Below, piece by piece: positions 17,983-27,107 of a stretch of DNA of 64,000 nt. This DNA is from Candidatus Aminicenantes bacterium (GTDB lineage Bacteria > Acidobacteriota > Aminicenantia > Aminicenantales > UBA8522). Position numbers and translations under genes: made by a program. A model generated the notes under the pieces. It was not told where the DNA came from and did no database searches. It saw only the letters and a program-made list of their open reading frames with translations. How positions within the stretch are numbered: position 1 is the first letter of the stretch; every line of letters starts with the position of its first letter. The stretch lies in NCBI GenBank assembly GCA_037444845.1, contig JBBILQ010000004.1, forward strand, positions 12,745 to 76,744. Reading direction: 5' to 3'.

Positions 17983-18429
17983 ATGAGCAACGGAACTTTC
18001 GAGCCCAGGCTGGTCGGGTTCCTGTGCAACTGGTGCTCATACACAGGAGCAGACCTTGCCGGCACAGCGAGGATGATCTACGCGCCCAACATCCGCGTCA
18101 TCCGGGTCATGTGCAGCGGCCGTGTCGACCCTCAGTTCGTTCTGAAAGCATTCAAGGAAGGGGCTGACGGAGTCCTGATCTCGGGCTGCCATCCAGGAGA
18201 CTGTCATTACAAGGAAGGCAATTATAAGGCTCTCAAGCGGGCCAAGCTTCTGTCGAAAATGCTTGATCAGTTCGGCATCGAAAAAGAGAGATTCCGGCTG
18301 GAATGGGTCTCCGCAGCCGAGGGAGTAAAATTCCAGCGGGTCTGCAATGAATTCACGGAACAGATCCGGAAACTGGGGCCGCTCGGCCTGGCCAAAAACG
18401 GAGGCAAACATGAGCAACGCGAAGCCTAA
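17983..18429 (+). CDS. mvhD: MvhD (second paralog), first gene of the mvhDGA operon
   Basis: LCNWCSYTGADLAG...ISGCHPGDCHYKEGN; RBS AAGGAGG before the ATG; a TATAAT box at about 17926. Confidence 0.9.
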   Translation: MSNGTFEPRLVGFLCNWCSYTGADLAGTARMIYAPNIRVIRVMCSGRVDPQFVLKAFKEGADGVLISGCHPGDCHYKEGNYKALKRAKLLSKMLDQFGIEKERFRLEWVSAAEGVKFQRVCNEFTEQIRKLGPLGLAKNGGKHEQREA

Positions 18430-19390
18430 GGTTGCCTTTTACTGGTCCTCCTCGTGCGGCGGCTGCGAGGAATCCATCGTTGACCTGGCAGAAGACATCC
18501 TCAAAGTTGTTGCTGCCGTGGACATCGTCTTCTGGCCGGTCGCTCTCGATTTTAAGAAGAAGGATGTCGAGGCCATGCCCGACGGCTCCATCGCCGTGAG
18601 TTTCATCAACGGCGCCGTCAGGCTCTCCGAGCAGGAGGAAATGGTCAAGCTCCTGCGCCGGAAATCCCAGCTCGTCGTCGCCCACGGATCCTGCTCCCAT
18701 CTTGGAGGAATCCCCGGGCTGGGGAACTTCTGGAATAGAGAGACGATCTTCCGGCGCGCCTATCACACGACGCCTTCCACGCAAAACCCTGAGAAAATCG
18801 TCCCGCAGGAAAAGACCATCCTTGAAGGAAAAGAGCTCACCCTGCCCGTGTTTTACGACACGGTTTACGCTCTCAACCAGGTCATCGATGTCGACTATTA
18901 CCTGCCCGGGTGCGCGCCGCCTCGGGATCTCATCCTCAGCGCCGTCAGCGCCATTTTAGAGGGAAAGCTTCCGGCGAAAGGAGCCGTCCTCTCGCCCAAC
19001 ACGTCTCTCTGTGACGACTGCGATAGGAACAAAACCAAGCCCGAAAAATTGACCATCAAGGAGATCAAGCGTCCCTGGGAAATCATGTTAGACCCAGAAA
19101 AATGCTTCCTTGCCCAGGGAGTCATCTGCATGGGACCGGCCACCCGGACAGGCTGCAACGAGCGCTGCATCGAGGCGAACATGCCTTGCCGGGGCTGTTT
19201 CGGCCCCACCGACCAGGTCTACGACCAGGGCGCCAAGTTTCTCTCAGCCCTGGCTTCGATCTTAGACACGAACGACGAAAAGGAAATCGACAGGATCGTC
19301 CAATCCATATCCGACCCTGCAGGAACCTTTTACCGGTTCAGTCTGCCCACGTCCATCCTGCAGCGAAGACGCATGGAGGCCATAAAATGA
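18407..19390 (+). CDS. mvhG: NiFe hydrogenase small subunit, MvhG-type (group 3c)
   Basis: Start chosen at MSNAKPKVAFYWSSSCGGCEES (RBS GGAGG 5 nt upstream); proximal cluster Cys motifs; overlaps mvhD by 23 nt. Confidence 0.85.
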   Translation, partial: NMSNAKPKVAFYWSSSCGGCEESIVDLAEDILKVVAAVDIVFWPVALDFKKKDVEAMPDGSIAVSFINGAVRLSEQEEMVKLLRRKSQLVVAHGSCSHLGGIPGLGNFWNRETIFRRAYHTTPSTQNPEKIVPQEKTILEGKELTLPVFYDTVYALNQVIDVDYYLPGCAPPRDLILSAVSAILEGKLPAKGAVLSPNTSLCDDCDRNKTKPEKLTIKEIKRPWEIMLDPEKCFLAQGVICMGPATRTGCNERCIEANMPCRGCFGPTDQVYDQGAKFLSALASILDTNDEKEIDRIVQSISDPAGTFYRFSLPTSILQRRRMEAIK

Positions 19391-20847
19391 CTCAAAGAAT
19401 AACCATTGACCCGATCACTCGACTCGAAGGCCACGGCAAAATCGAGATTTTTCTCGACGACAAAGGAAATGTCGACCGGGCCATCCTCCAGATCCCGGAG
19501 CTCAGGGGTTTCGAACAGTTTGCCGTGGGCAGGCCGGTGGAGGAAATGCCGCGGATCACACCCCGCATCTGCGGTGTCTGTCCGACCGCTCACCACATGG
19601 CGTCGACCAAAACCGTCGACGCCGTCTTCCACGTCGAGCCCACTCCGACTGCCCGCAAAATCAGGGAACTCATCTACAACACGTTCATGATGGAAGACCA
19701 CACTCTCCACTTCTTCTTCCTGGGAGGGCCGGATTTCGTCGTCGGCCCCCAAGCGCCGGCGGCCGAGCGGAATATCTTGGGCGTCATCGGCAAGGTCGGC
19801 CTCGAGATTGGCGGCAAGGTCATCCGGGTGCGGCGTGAGTGCCGGGACATCATCAATTACCTGGCCGGAAAAGTCATCCACCCGGTCTGCGGCCTCCCGG
19901 GCGGCGTCTCCAAGGGGCTGGATGAAGAACACCGGGTTCAGTTCCTGGAGACGGCCAAATTCGCCGTCGAATTCGCCCAATTCGCCCTCCAGATATTTAA
20001 CGACGTCGTCCTGAAGAACAAAGAATACGTCGCCCTCGTCGTCGGCGACGCCTATAAAATCAAAACCTACTACATGGGACTTGTCGATGACAAAAACAAG
20101 GTCAATTTCTATGACGGAGCCGTGCGCGTCGTCTCTCCGGAAGGGAAAGAGTTCGCCAAGTTCAGGCCGAATGAATATTTAGAGCACATCGCCGAGCGCG
20201 TCGAGCCGTGGAGCTACATTAAGTTTCCTTTCTTAAAAAAAGTCGGCTGGAATGGGTTTACGGAAGGTTCGGGATCGGGCGTCTACAGGGTTGCCCCGCT
20301 GGCCCGGTTGAACGCTTCGGATGGCATGGCCACTTCTCTGGCCCAGAAAGAGCACGACCGGATGTACGAGACACTCGGAGGAAAACCTGCTCATAACACG
20401 TTGGCTTTCCACTGGGCCCGCCTGATTGAGGCCCTCCAGGCTGCCGAAGCCATGGTCATGTTGCTCGAGGACAGGTCCATCACCGATACAAATATCCGCA
20501 CGATCCCCACCCAGACGCCAACCGAAGGCGTGGGCATCGTAGAAGCACCCCGGGGAACGCTCATCCACCACTACAAGACAGATGAAAAGGGGATCGTTGA
20601 GGAGGCCAACTTGATCGTGGCCACGGTCAACAACTCGGCGGCTATCAACATGTCCATAGAGAAAGCGGCTAAAGCGTTCATAAAGGGTGGAAATGTCTCC
20701 GAAGGGCTGCTTAACCTGGCTGAGATGGCCTTCCGCCCCTACGACCCCTGCCATGCCTGCGGAACCCATGCCCTGCCAGGCGATATGCCGCTCGTCATCA
20801 ACATCTATGATCGAGACGGAGAGCTCGTCCGGCAGCTGAAGAGATGA
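19387..20847 (+). CDS. mvhA: NiFe hydrogenase large subunit, MvhA-type
   Basis: Start MTQRITIDPITRLEGHG overlaps the mvhG stop (ATGA). RICGVCP N-terminal Ni-binding motif; C-terminal DPCHACGTH followed by a short cleavable tail. Confidence 0.9.
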   Translation: MTQRITIDPITRLEGHGKIEIFLDDKGNVDRAILQIPELRGFEQFAVGRPVEEMPRITPRICGVCPTAHHMASTKTVDAVFHVEPTPTARKIRELIYNTFMMEDHTLHFFFLGGPDFVVGPQAPAAERNILGVIGKVGLEIGGKVIRVRRECRDIINYLAGKVIHPVCGLPGGVSKGLDEEHRVQFLETAKFAVEFAQFALQIFNDVVLKNKEYVALVVGDAYKIKTYYMGLVDDKNKVNFYDGAVRVVSPEGKEFAKFRPNEYLEHIAERVEPWSYIKFPFLKKVGWNGFTEGSGSGVYRVAPLARLNASDGMATSLAQKEHDRMYETLGGKPAHNTLAFHWARLIEALQAAEAMVMLLEDRSITDTNIRTIPTQTPTEGVGIVEAPRGTLIHHYKTDEKGIVEEANLIVATVNNSAAINMSIEKAAKAFIKGGNVSEGLLNLAEMAFRPYDPCHACGTHALPGDMPLVINIYDRDGELVRQLKR

Positions 20848-20910
20848 AACTCATGAGGATGGTCCTGAAGAAGCGCCCTCTCTTATAGGGATTTCCGTTT
20901 GTTCAATTCT

Positions 20911-21165
20911 AATAGGCGGATGTTTCTCCTGTCAAGGCGAGCACCCATTGCGTGCGTGGCATCCCATGATAACTAACCTGGACTATTCACGAAATGAAAG
21001 GAAAAAATCCCCTCTCCCCATGTGGGAGAGGGTCGGGGTGAGGGGGATCATTCAAAGATTCCCCCTCCCCCCAGGGGAGGGGCCTGCTTTCTGGCATAAT
21101 TTGTGAATAGGTCAGGCTAACTGAGATCACTTCGTTTCGCTCGCGATGACAAAGTCCTAACGGCA
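20911..21165. repeat. Repeat-C palindromic element (REP-like) split by a nested MITE-A insertion
   Basis: Left half gtcaaggcgagcacccattgcgtgcgtggcatcccatgataa, right half ctgagatcacttcgtttcgctcgcgatgac. Together they align to the uninterrupted copy at 38620..38696. Confidence 0.7.
20977..21116 (+). mobile_element. MITE-A copy 2 (140 bp; 14-bp internal deletion relative to the other copies) with CTAA target duplication
   Basis: ctaa at 20973..20976 and 21117..21120; inserted within repeat C. Confidence 0.85.
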
Positions 21166-21251
21166 ATTTTCGGGCCACTTTATTTCCTTGAGGGTCTTCG
21201 CTCTTTTAGAGTATAATGTTTTTTAAGAAAAAAATAGCCCCGTAAAGTCTG

Positions 21252-23234
21252 ATGCATCCTCTTCGCTTGTCCCTGCGAATAAAGCTCATCCTCAGTTTTT
21301 TGGTGGTCATCATCATAGGCGGGTTGATCTCCCTCACCTTCGGCCAGCGCTTGATCAAGAACGTTCTCATCTCTCAAGCCCAGGTCAAGGTCAATCACGA
21401 CCTGGCCTCTGCCTGGATCGTCTTCAACGAGAAGCTCAATGACATCGAAGACATCGTCAGCCTTACCGCTTCCCGGGAAAGCCTCCATGAGGCAATCCGG
21501 AATAACCGGAAAGACATTCTTCTCCGCTACCTGAACCGGGTCAGGAACCAGTACGGCCTGGACGTTCTGACCCTTACGGACAGACGAGGTCGGGTCATCA
21601 CGAGGACCAGGAACCCTGAGGTGGAAGGGGATGACCAGTCCGGGGATGAAATCGTCAGCTGGGCTCTTCAGCCCAATGTCCTCGCCTATCCCCAGATTAT
21701 CCCCCGGGAGGAGCTCCTTAAAGAGGGAAAAGACCTGGCCGAGAAAGCCTGCATGGAATTCATCCCTACCCCCAAGGCCGCTCCAAGGCCCGAGAATAAA
21801 GAGACAAGCGGCTTGATGCTTAAGGCAGCTGCCTCGGTCATCGATGAGAATGACGAGCCCCTCGGGGTTCTCTACGGCGGCATCCTCCTTAACCGCAACT
21901 ATGAGATCGTGGATAAGGTCAAAGAGACCGTCTTCAAAGGAGAAAAATACAAGGGGGTGGAGACGGGAACGGCGACGATCTTCCAGGGAGACCTGCGCAT
22001 CTCCACAAACGTCACCGATGCCCAGGGCCATCGGGCCATCGGCACGCGTATCTCCGAGGAGGTGAAGAAAGCCGTGCTCGATAAGGGCAAGTCCTGGAAC
22101 GACCGGGCGTTCGTCGTCAAGGACTGGTACATCACGGCTTACGAGCCGATCAAAAACATCAAGGACGAGATCATCGGCATCCTCTATGTGGGAACGCTGG
22201 AAAAGCCGTACATCGATATCGCCAATCGAGTCATGTTGACTTTCACTATCCTGGCCTCCCTCTGCGTCATCTTTCTCTTAGTCAGCCTCTATTTCTCAAC
22301 GACAAGAATCATCAAGCCTCTTCAGCGGATGGTCAACGCTACTCAGGAGATTGCCAAAGGAGACCTCGAGCATAAGGTGGAAATCAAGTCGACCGACGAG
22401 CTGGGCTATCTTGCCTCCTCCTTCAACCAGATGACCGAAAAACTCAAGGCCGCCAACGAGGAGCTTATCGAATGGGGCAGGACGCTTGAAAAAAAAGTCC
22501 AGGAGAGGACCGGAGAACTCCTGGAGATGCAGGCCTCCCTCGTTCAGTCAGAAAAACTGGCCTCGCTGGGCAAGCTGGCCGCAGGAATCGCCCACGAAAT
22601 CAACAACCCCCTGGGAGGAATTCTCATTTATAGCCATCTCCTCCTCGAAGAGACAAAGGGAAAAAGCGGCCAGTCTGAAACCCTGAAAAAAATCATCAAA
22701 GAGACATCCCGCTGCAAGAACATCGTCAAAGGGCTGTTGGAGTTTGCCCGGCCCAAAGAGCCGGAGATGGCGCCAACCGACCTCAATGAGGTAATAAACA
22801 AGACCCTGGCGATTTTTGAGCGCCAGGCGCTTTTTCAAAACATCAAGGTCGAGAAAGATTTTTCTGGCATTCCCAGGATCGTGGCTGACGGGTCCCAGCT
22901 CCAGCAGGTCTTCGCCAACATCATCATCAACGCCGCCGAAGCCATGGACGGAAATGGCCTGCTGACGATCAAGACATATCTGGACACAAAGACCAACGTT
23001 TTAAGAATCGAGTTCCGGGACACGGGACACGGAATCCGAGAAGAGGACCTGCCCCGTCTCTTCGAGCCTTTCTTCACCACTAAAGAAGTGGGCAAGGGGA
23101 CCGGCTTGGGCCTGGCCATCAGCTACAGCATCGTCCAAAAACACAACGGGTCTATCAAGGTAAAGAGCGAGGTCGGCCAGGGCTCAACCTTTACCGTCAT
23201 TCTCCCCCTGAACAAGGAAGCGCCATATGAATAA
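21252..23234 (+). CDS. Sensor histidine kinase with periplasmic sensor domain, HAMP, HisKA and HATPase_c
   Basis: N-terminal TM segment LILSFLVVIIIGGLISL and a second TM segment; HAMP region; SEKLASLGKLAAGIAHEINNPLGG; GTGLGLAISYSIVQKHNGSIKV. Confidence 0.85.
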   Translation: MHPLRLSLRIKLILSFLVVIIIGGLISLTFGQRLIKNVLISQAQVKVNHDLASAWIVFNEKLNDIEDIVSLTASRESLHEAIRNNRKDILLRYLNRVRNQYGLDVLTLTDRRGRVITRTRNPEVEGDDQSGDEIVSWALQPNVLAYPQIIPREELLKEGKDLAEKACMEFIPTPKAAPRPENKETSGLMLKAAASVIDENDEPLGVLYGGILLNRNYEIVDKVKETVFKGEKYKGVETGTATIFQGDLRISTNVTDAQGHRAIGTRISEEVKKAVLDKGKSWNDRAFVVKDWYITAYEPIKNIKDEIIGILYVGTLEKPYIDIANRVMLTFTILASLCVIFLLVSLYFSTTRIIKPLQRMVNATQEIAKGDLEHKVEIKSTDELGYLASSFNQMTEKLKAANEELIEWGRTLEKKVQERTGELLEMQASLVQSEKLASLGKLAAGIAHEINNPLGGILIYSHLLLEETKGKSGQSETLKKIIKETSRCKNIVKGLLEFARPKEPEMAPTDLNEVINKTLAIFERQALFQNIKVEKDFSGIPRIVADGSQLQQVFANIIINAAEAMDGNGLLTIKTYLDTKTNVLRIEFRDTGHGIREEDLPRLFEPFFTTKEVGKGTGLGLAISYSIVQKHNGSIKVKSEVGQGSTFTVILPLNKEAPYE

Positions 23235-24579
23235 ACCGGCCAACATCCTGATCATCGACGACGAAGAATCCATGCGCGATTCCATGAGCCAGGTTCTCCG
23301 CAAAGAAGGCTACACGGTCAAAGGGGCGGTTGAAGGAAAAGAAGGGTTGAACCTCTTCAACCGGGAGACATTCCACGTTGTCTTCCTCGACCTTAAGTTG
23401 CCGGGGGTCAAGGGTATGCAGGTGCTCAGCTGGATCAAAGATACCAGCCCGGAAACGCCGGTCATCATCGTCACCGGCTACGCATCGATCGAATCAGCTG
23501 TTGAAGCGATGAAGCGGGGCGCATTCGACTACATGGCCAAGCCCTTTACTCCCGAAGAGCTGCGGGTCGTCACCAAGAGGGCCTTGGACGGACGGAAGCT
23601 TCTGTTTGAAAACATCTATCTTCGCGGCGAGCTCGAGGCCAAAACTGAATTCGAGATGGTCATCGGGAAGAGCAAAGCCATGCGCGATGTTCTCGACATC
23701 GTCAGGCGGGTCAGCCCCACCGAGAGCACGGTCCTCATCACCGGAGAGAGCGGCACGGGCAAGGAGCTCATCGCCCGGGAAATTCATCTTCACAGCCTGA
23801 GACGACAGGCGCCTTTCGTGGTCGTCGACTGCGGAGCCCTGGTCGAGACGCTCTTCGAGTCTGAGCTTTTCGGACACGTCAAAGGGTCGTTCACCGGAGC
23901 CCACGAGACCAAGCACGGGCGGTTCGAAGTGGCTGACGGAGGCACAATTTTCTTCGACGAGATCAGCAACATCGGGCTCAACATCCAGGTCAAGCTGCTC
24001 CGTGTTATCCAGGAGAGGGAGATTACCCGGATCGGGTCGAGCAAGCCGATCAAAGTTGACGTCCGGATCCTGGCCGCAACCAATGAAGACCTGGCCGAGG
24101 CCGTGAGAAAGGGAAAATTCAGGGAGGACCTCTTCTACAGGCTGAGCGTCGTCCCGATCCAACTGCCCGCCCTGCGCGAAAGGAAAGAAGACATACCTCT
24201 GCTGGTCGAGCATTTCTTGCGCAAGTACAACAAAAGAGCCAAGAAAAATATTGAAGGCGTTTCCCCTCGCGCCATCAAAGCGCTCGCCGAATACGACTGG
24301 CCCGGAAACATCCGCGAGCTGGAGAACACGATAGAAAGAGCCGTCGTCCTGTCCAAGACGAACGGCATCGACATGGAGGACCTGATGTATCACGGGATCA
24401 GCGCTTCAACCGGCCTGGCGGCATCTGCCGGCGGAAAATACAGAACCCTGGAAGAAATAGAGAAAGAGCACATCAAAGCCGTCCTCCAGGCTCAGTTCGG
24501 GAACAAGAGCCGGGCCGCTGAGGTGCTGGGGATTGACCGAAAAACTCTCTGGGCCAAAGTCAAGAAGTACAAAATCTAG
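23227..24579 (+). CDS. Sigma-54-dependent response regulator (NtrC family) with C-terminal HTH
   Basis: Receiver ILIIDDEESMRD...DLKLPG; GESGTGKE; ESELFGHVKGSFTGA; GKFREDLFYRL; C-terminal Fis-like HTH RAAEVLGIDRKTLWAKVKKY. Confidence 0.9.
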   Translation: MNKPANILIIDDEESMRDSMSQVLRKEGYTVKGAVEGKEGLNLFNRETFHVVFLDLKLPGVKGMQVLSWIKDTSPETPVIIVTGYASIESAVEAMKRGAFDYMAKPFTPEELRVVTKRALDGRKLLFENIYLRGELEAKTEFEMVIGKSKAMRDVLDIVRRVSPTESTVLITGESGTGKELIAREIHLHSLRRQAPFVVVDCGALVETLFESELFGHVKGSFTGAHETKHGRFEVADGGTIFFDEISNIGLNIQVKLLRVIQEREITRIGSSKPIKVDVRILAATNEDLAEAVRKGKFREDLFYRLSVVPIQLPALRERKEDIPLLVEHFLRKYNKRAKKNIEGVSPRAIKALAEYDWPGNIRELENTIERAVVLSKTNGIDMEDLMYHGISASTGLAASAGGKYRTLEEIEKEHIKAVLQAQFGNKSRAAEVLGIDRKTLWAKVKKYKI

Positions 24580-24674
24580 GTCAGCAGTATTTTTTTGTAT
24601 TTTTCGTGGACGCCGTGCCACCCATTCTCATTAGGCTGGTTTGCCTGATCAAGGCGAATCGTCCAGGATAAGGA

Positions 24675-24693
24675 TGGGGGAACGTCCCCCAGG
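24675..24693. promoter_or_regulatory. Palindrome TGGGGGAACGTCCCCCAGG, candidate upstream activator site about 135 bp before the sigma-54 promoter
   Basis: Inverted repeat read directly. A related palindrome CCTGGGGAAAAATTCCCCAGG sits about 120 bp before the second sigma-54 promoter at 29849. Confidence 0.45.
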
Positions 24694-24824
24694 AGTGAGG
24701 AAAAATGCCACTCTAAGGAGAACGAGTTTTTTAAACCAACTTCTGGGAAGGTCGGTTGCCTGATAATTTATTTTGAATCAATGTGTTAGGAAGTAATTAG
24801 CCGGCGCCAGAGCGCCTCCAATTA

Positions 24825-24839
24825 GGCACAGAATTTGCA
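24825..24839 (+). promoter_or_regulatory. Sigma-54 (-24/-12) promoter GGCAC-N5-TTGCA upstream of the sulfhydrogenase-like operon
   Basis: taGGCACagaatTTGCAt matches the TGGCAC-N5-TTGCW consensus with correct GG/GC spacing; located just downstream of the sigma-54 activator gene. Confidence 0.7.
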
Positions 24840-24971
24840 TAACCTCTTCTTCTACGGTTGCGGAGTCTGTTTTTTCATGATACAAGAACAGTGTCATCAA
24901 AATCGGGCTCTTATGTTGTTTGCCCTAACGGAGGGGCAAAAAATGTTCGAGCCGACATAAGGACGGACAAC

Positions 24972-26030
24972 ATGAGAATATCAAAACTCCAAAAGAACGG
25001 GCTTTTCCCCTTCCTTGAAGCTATTTCCAGGGAGGCAGAGCTGTGGGCGCCCGTCGCCAAGGGGGATAAGTTCGCCTTTGACCGCGTCGCCGACTTTTCG
25101 CGGATCGCCATGAATTCAACCCGCACGATCATCCCGGCTAAAAAAATCATGGTCCCTGCCAGCTTCAACATGTTTCACTTCACAGAAAAGGGGTATAGGG
25201 AGGACCTCTCTCATGTCACCAACAGAATCCTGTTCGGCGTTCATGCCTGCGACATTCATGGCCTTTTGACCTTGGACAAGATCTTTACGCAGGCCTATCC
25301 CGACCCTTATTATCTCGAACCCAGAAAAAGGACGATGATTCTCGGGCTGTCCTGCTGGCCTGACGAGCACTGCTTCTGCAAATCAACCCATACTCACATT
25401 GTCGAGGAAGGTTATGACCTTTTCTTCACGGACTTAAAGTCATATTTCCTCGTCTGGATCGGGTCCAGCCGGGGCGACGACCTCATTCGCCTCGCCCCCG
25501 ACCTTTTCGACGAGAACCTGACCGAGAAGGACGTCAAGACGTATATCAAATGGCAGGACGAAAGAGATAAGGCCTTCAAGACAGAAATCCAGTTCATCCG
25601 GATGCCTGACCTGATGGAGCTCAACTACCGGGCGCCTTTCTGGGAGGAGGCCGGAGATGCCTGTCTGGCCTGCGGCTCCTGCACCATGGTTTGCCCGACG
25701 TGCAATTGTTACAACGTCATGGATAAGCAATTTCTTGGGGGAAAACCGGGCCAGCGGGTACGGCACTGGGATTCCTGCACTCTCCCCGAGTATTCTGAGG
25801 TGGCGGGCGGAGAAAACTTCAGGGAGAAAAAGTCCCAGCGTCTCAAGCTCTGGTACACCCATAAGCTCCAGGCTTATGTCTCCAAGTACGGCAAGCCGAG
25901 CTGCGTCGGCTGCGGCCGTTGCCTGGTAACGTGCCCGGTCCAGATAAACGTCAAGACGGTGGCCGCGGCCCTGGAAGGGCAGGAGCCGGAGGCATTCTGG
26001 AAAAACCTGGCCAGGGAGGCAACAAGATGA
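24972..26030 (+). CDS. hydB: Sulfhydrogenase beta-like 4Fe-4S subunit (HydB/AsrA family)
   Basis: Start moved to MRISKLQ (RBS AAGGA; the annotated upstream ATG would overlap the promoter). CLACGSCTMVCPTCNC and CVGCGRCLVTCP motifs. Confidence 0.7.
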   Translation: MRISKLQKNGLFPFLEAISREAELWAPVAKGDKFAFDRVADFSRIAMNSTRTIIPAKKIMVPASFNMFHFTEKGYREDLSHVTNRILFGVHACDIHGLLTLDKIFTQAYPDPYYLEPRKRTMILGLSCWPDEHCFCKSTHTHIVEEGYDLFFTDLKSYFLVWIGSSRGDDLIRLAPDLFDENLTEKDVKTYIKWQDERDKAFKTEIQFIRMPDLMELNYRAPFWEEAGDACLACGSCTMVCPTCNCYNVMDKQFLGGKPGQRVRHWDSCTLPEYSEVAGGENFREKKSQRLKLWYTHKLQAYVSKYGKPSCVGCGRCLVTCPVQINVKTVAAALEGQEPEAFWKNLAREATR

Positions 26031-26887
26031 ACACTCAAGATAAGTGTCCTGCGGAAACTAATCCCTTTATGCCCGAGCCGGCCCGAATTGTCCGCGCCTA
26101 TCATCTGACCGAGGACGTCAAATTCTTCCAGGCCCGATTCGTTGACATGGAAAAGGCTCTGGCCTTCAGCTATAAGCCGGGGCAGTTTGCCATGGTCTCG
26201 ATCTTAGGGGCCGGAGAAGCTCCTTTCTCGATCTCCTCGACGCCTTCGCGGCCAGGCCTTCTTGAGTTCTGCATCCGGAGAGCCGGGACGGTCACCAACG
26301 CCCTCTTCCGGCTGAAAGAAAACTCGCTCATCGGCCTCCGCGGCCCTTACGGCAACGGTTTTCCCGTCGAGGCCATGACTGGCAAGGACATTCTTATCGT
26401 CGTCGGCGGGCTGGGCGCGGCCCCTCTCCGCTCTGTCCTTCTTTACAGCCTGGACAACCGCGACCAGCTCGGCCGGGTGACTGTTCTCTATGGCGCCAAG
26501 AGGCCGGCGGAAATGATTTTCAGGGAGGAATATTTATCCCTGAAACAGAGGAACGACCTCGAATGTCATTTAGCTGTAGACGCGGACGACACCGGGAAAT
26601 GGACAGAAAACGTCGGCGTCGTGACCACGCTCTTCCCCAGTCTAAAAAAAATAGACGCGCCCAACACCTATGCTCTCGTCTGCGGCCCGCCCGTGATGTA
26701 TAAATTCGTCATCAAGGAACTGATCAAGCTCGCCATCCCCAAGAACCAGATCCTGATGACGCTCGAACGGCGGATGAAATGCGGGGTGGGCAAGTGCGGC
26801 CACTGCGCCATCGATTACATCTACACCTGCCTCGACGGCCCTGTTTTTACCTACTGGGATGTCATCCACATGAGGGAGCTCATCTAA
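26027..26887 (+). CDS. hydG: Sulfhydrogenase gamma-like FAD/NAD(P)-binding 2Fe-2S subunit (HydG/AsrB/PyrK-like)
   Basis: Start MNTQDK overlaps the hydB stop (ATGA). FAD and NAD folds; C-terminal CGVGKCGHC 2Fe-2S motif. Confidence 0.8.
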   Translation: MNTQDKCPAETNPFMPEPARIVRAYHLTEDVKFFQARFVDMEKALAFSYKPGQFAMVSILGAGEAPFSISSTPSRPGLLEFCIRRAGTVTNALFRLKENSLIGLRGPYGNGFPVEAMTGKDILIVVGGLGAAPLRSVLLYSLDNRDQLGRVTVLYGAKRPAEMIFREEYLSLKQRNDLECHLAVDADDTGKWTENVGVVTTLFPSLKKIDAPNTYALVCGPPVMYKFVIKELIKLAIPKNQILMTLERRMKCGVGKCGHCAIDYIYTCLDGPVFTYWDVIHMRELI

Positions 26888-27107
26888 GTGCGCCCTTTCG
26901 TAAATACTGTAACACACTCAATATCTCCGGAGGGCGCACTTGGGGCGGTGTCGGAGGGGTATGCCCCTCTGACGGGGTTACAGCGGAAGAACGCGACGAG
27001 GAGGAGCGTTCTGGAGCGCCAGAGGGGCGTTAGCCCCTGTGGAAGTGCCCCGTTTCGTCCCAAAATATGGGATAGCATTTATGAAACGGGGCACTAAGGA
27101 GGAGACG

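Noticed and set aside
17780-18040. 86-aa minus-strand ORF in the divergent promoter region
   Set aside because: Sits in the AT-rich intergenic control region, overlaps the mvhD start, and has no RBS or motifs.
21180-22031. 283-aa minus-strand ORF opposite the histidine kinase
   Set aside because: Low-complexity, Asp/Gly-rich shadow ORF inside a well-supported kinase gene.
23494-24393. 299-aa minus-strand ORF
   Set aside because: Shadow of the sigma-54 activator gene.
26888-27097. 69-aa ORF in the hydG-hydD spacer
   Set aside because: Region is dominated by inverted repeats. More likely a structured RNA spacer than a coding sequence.
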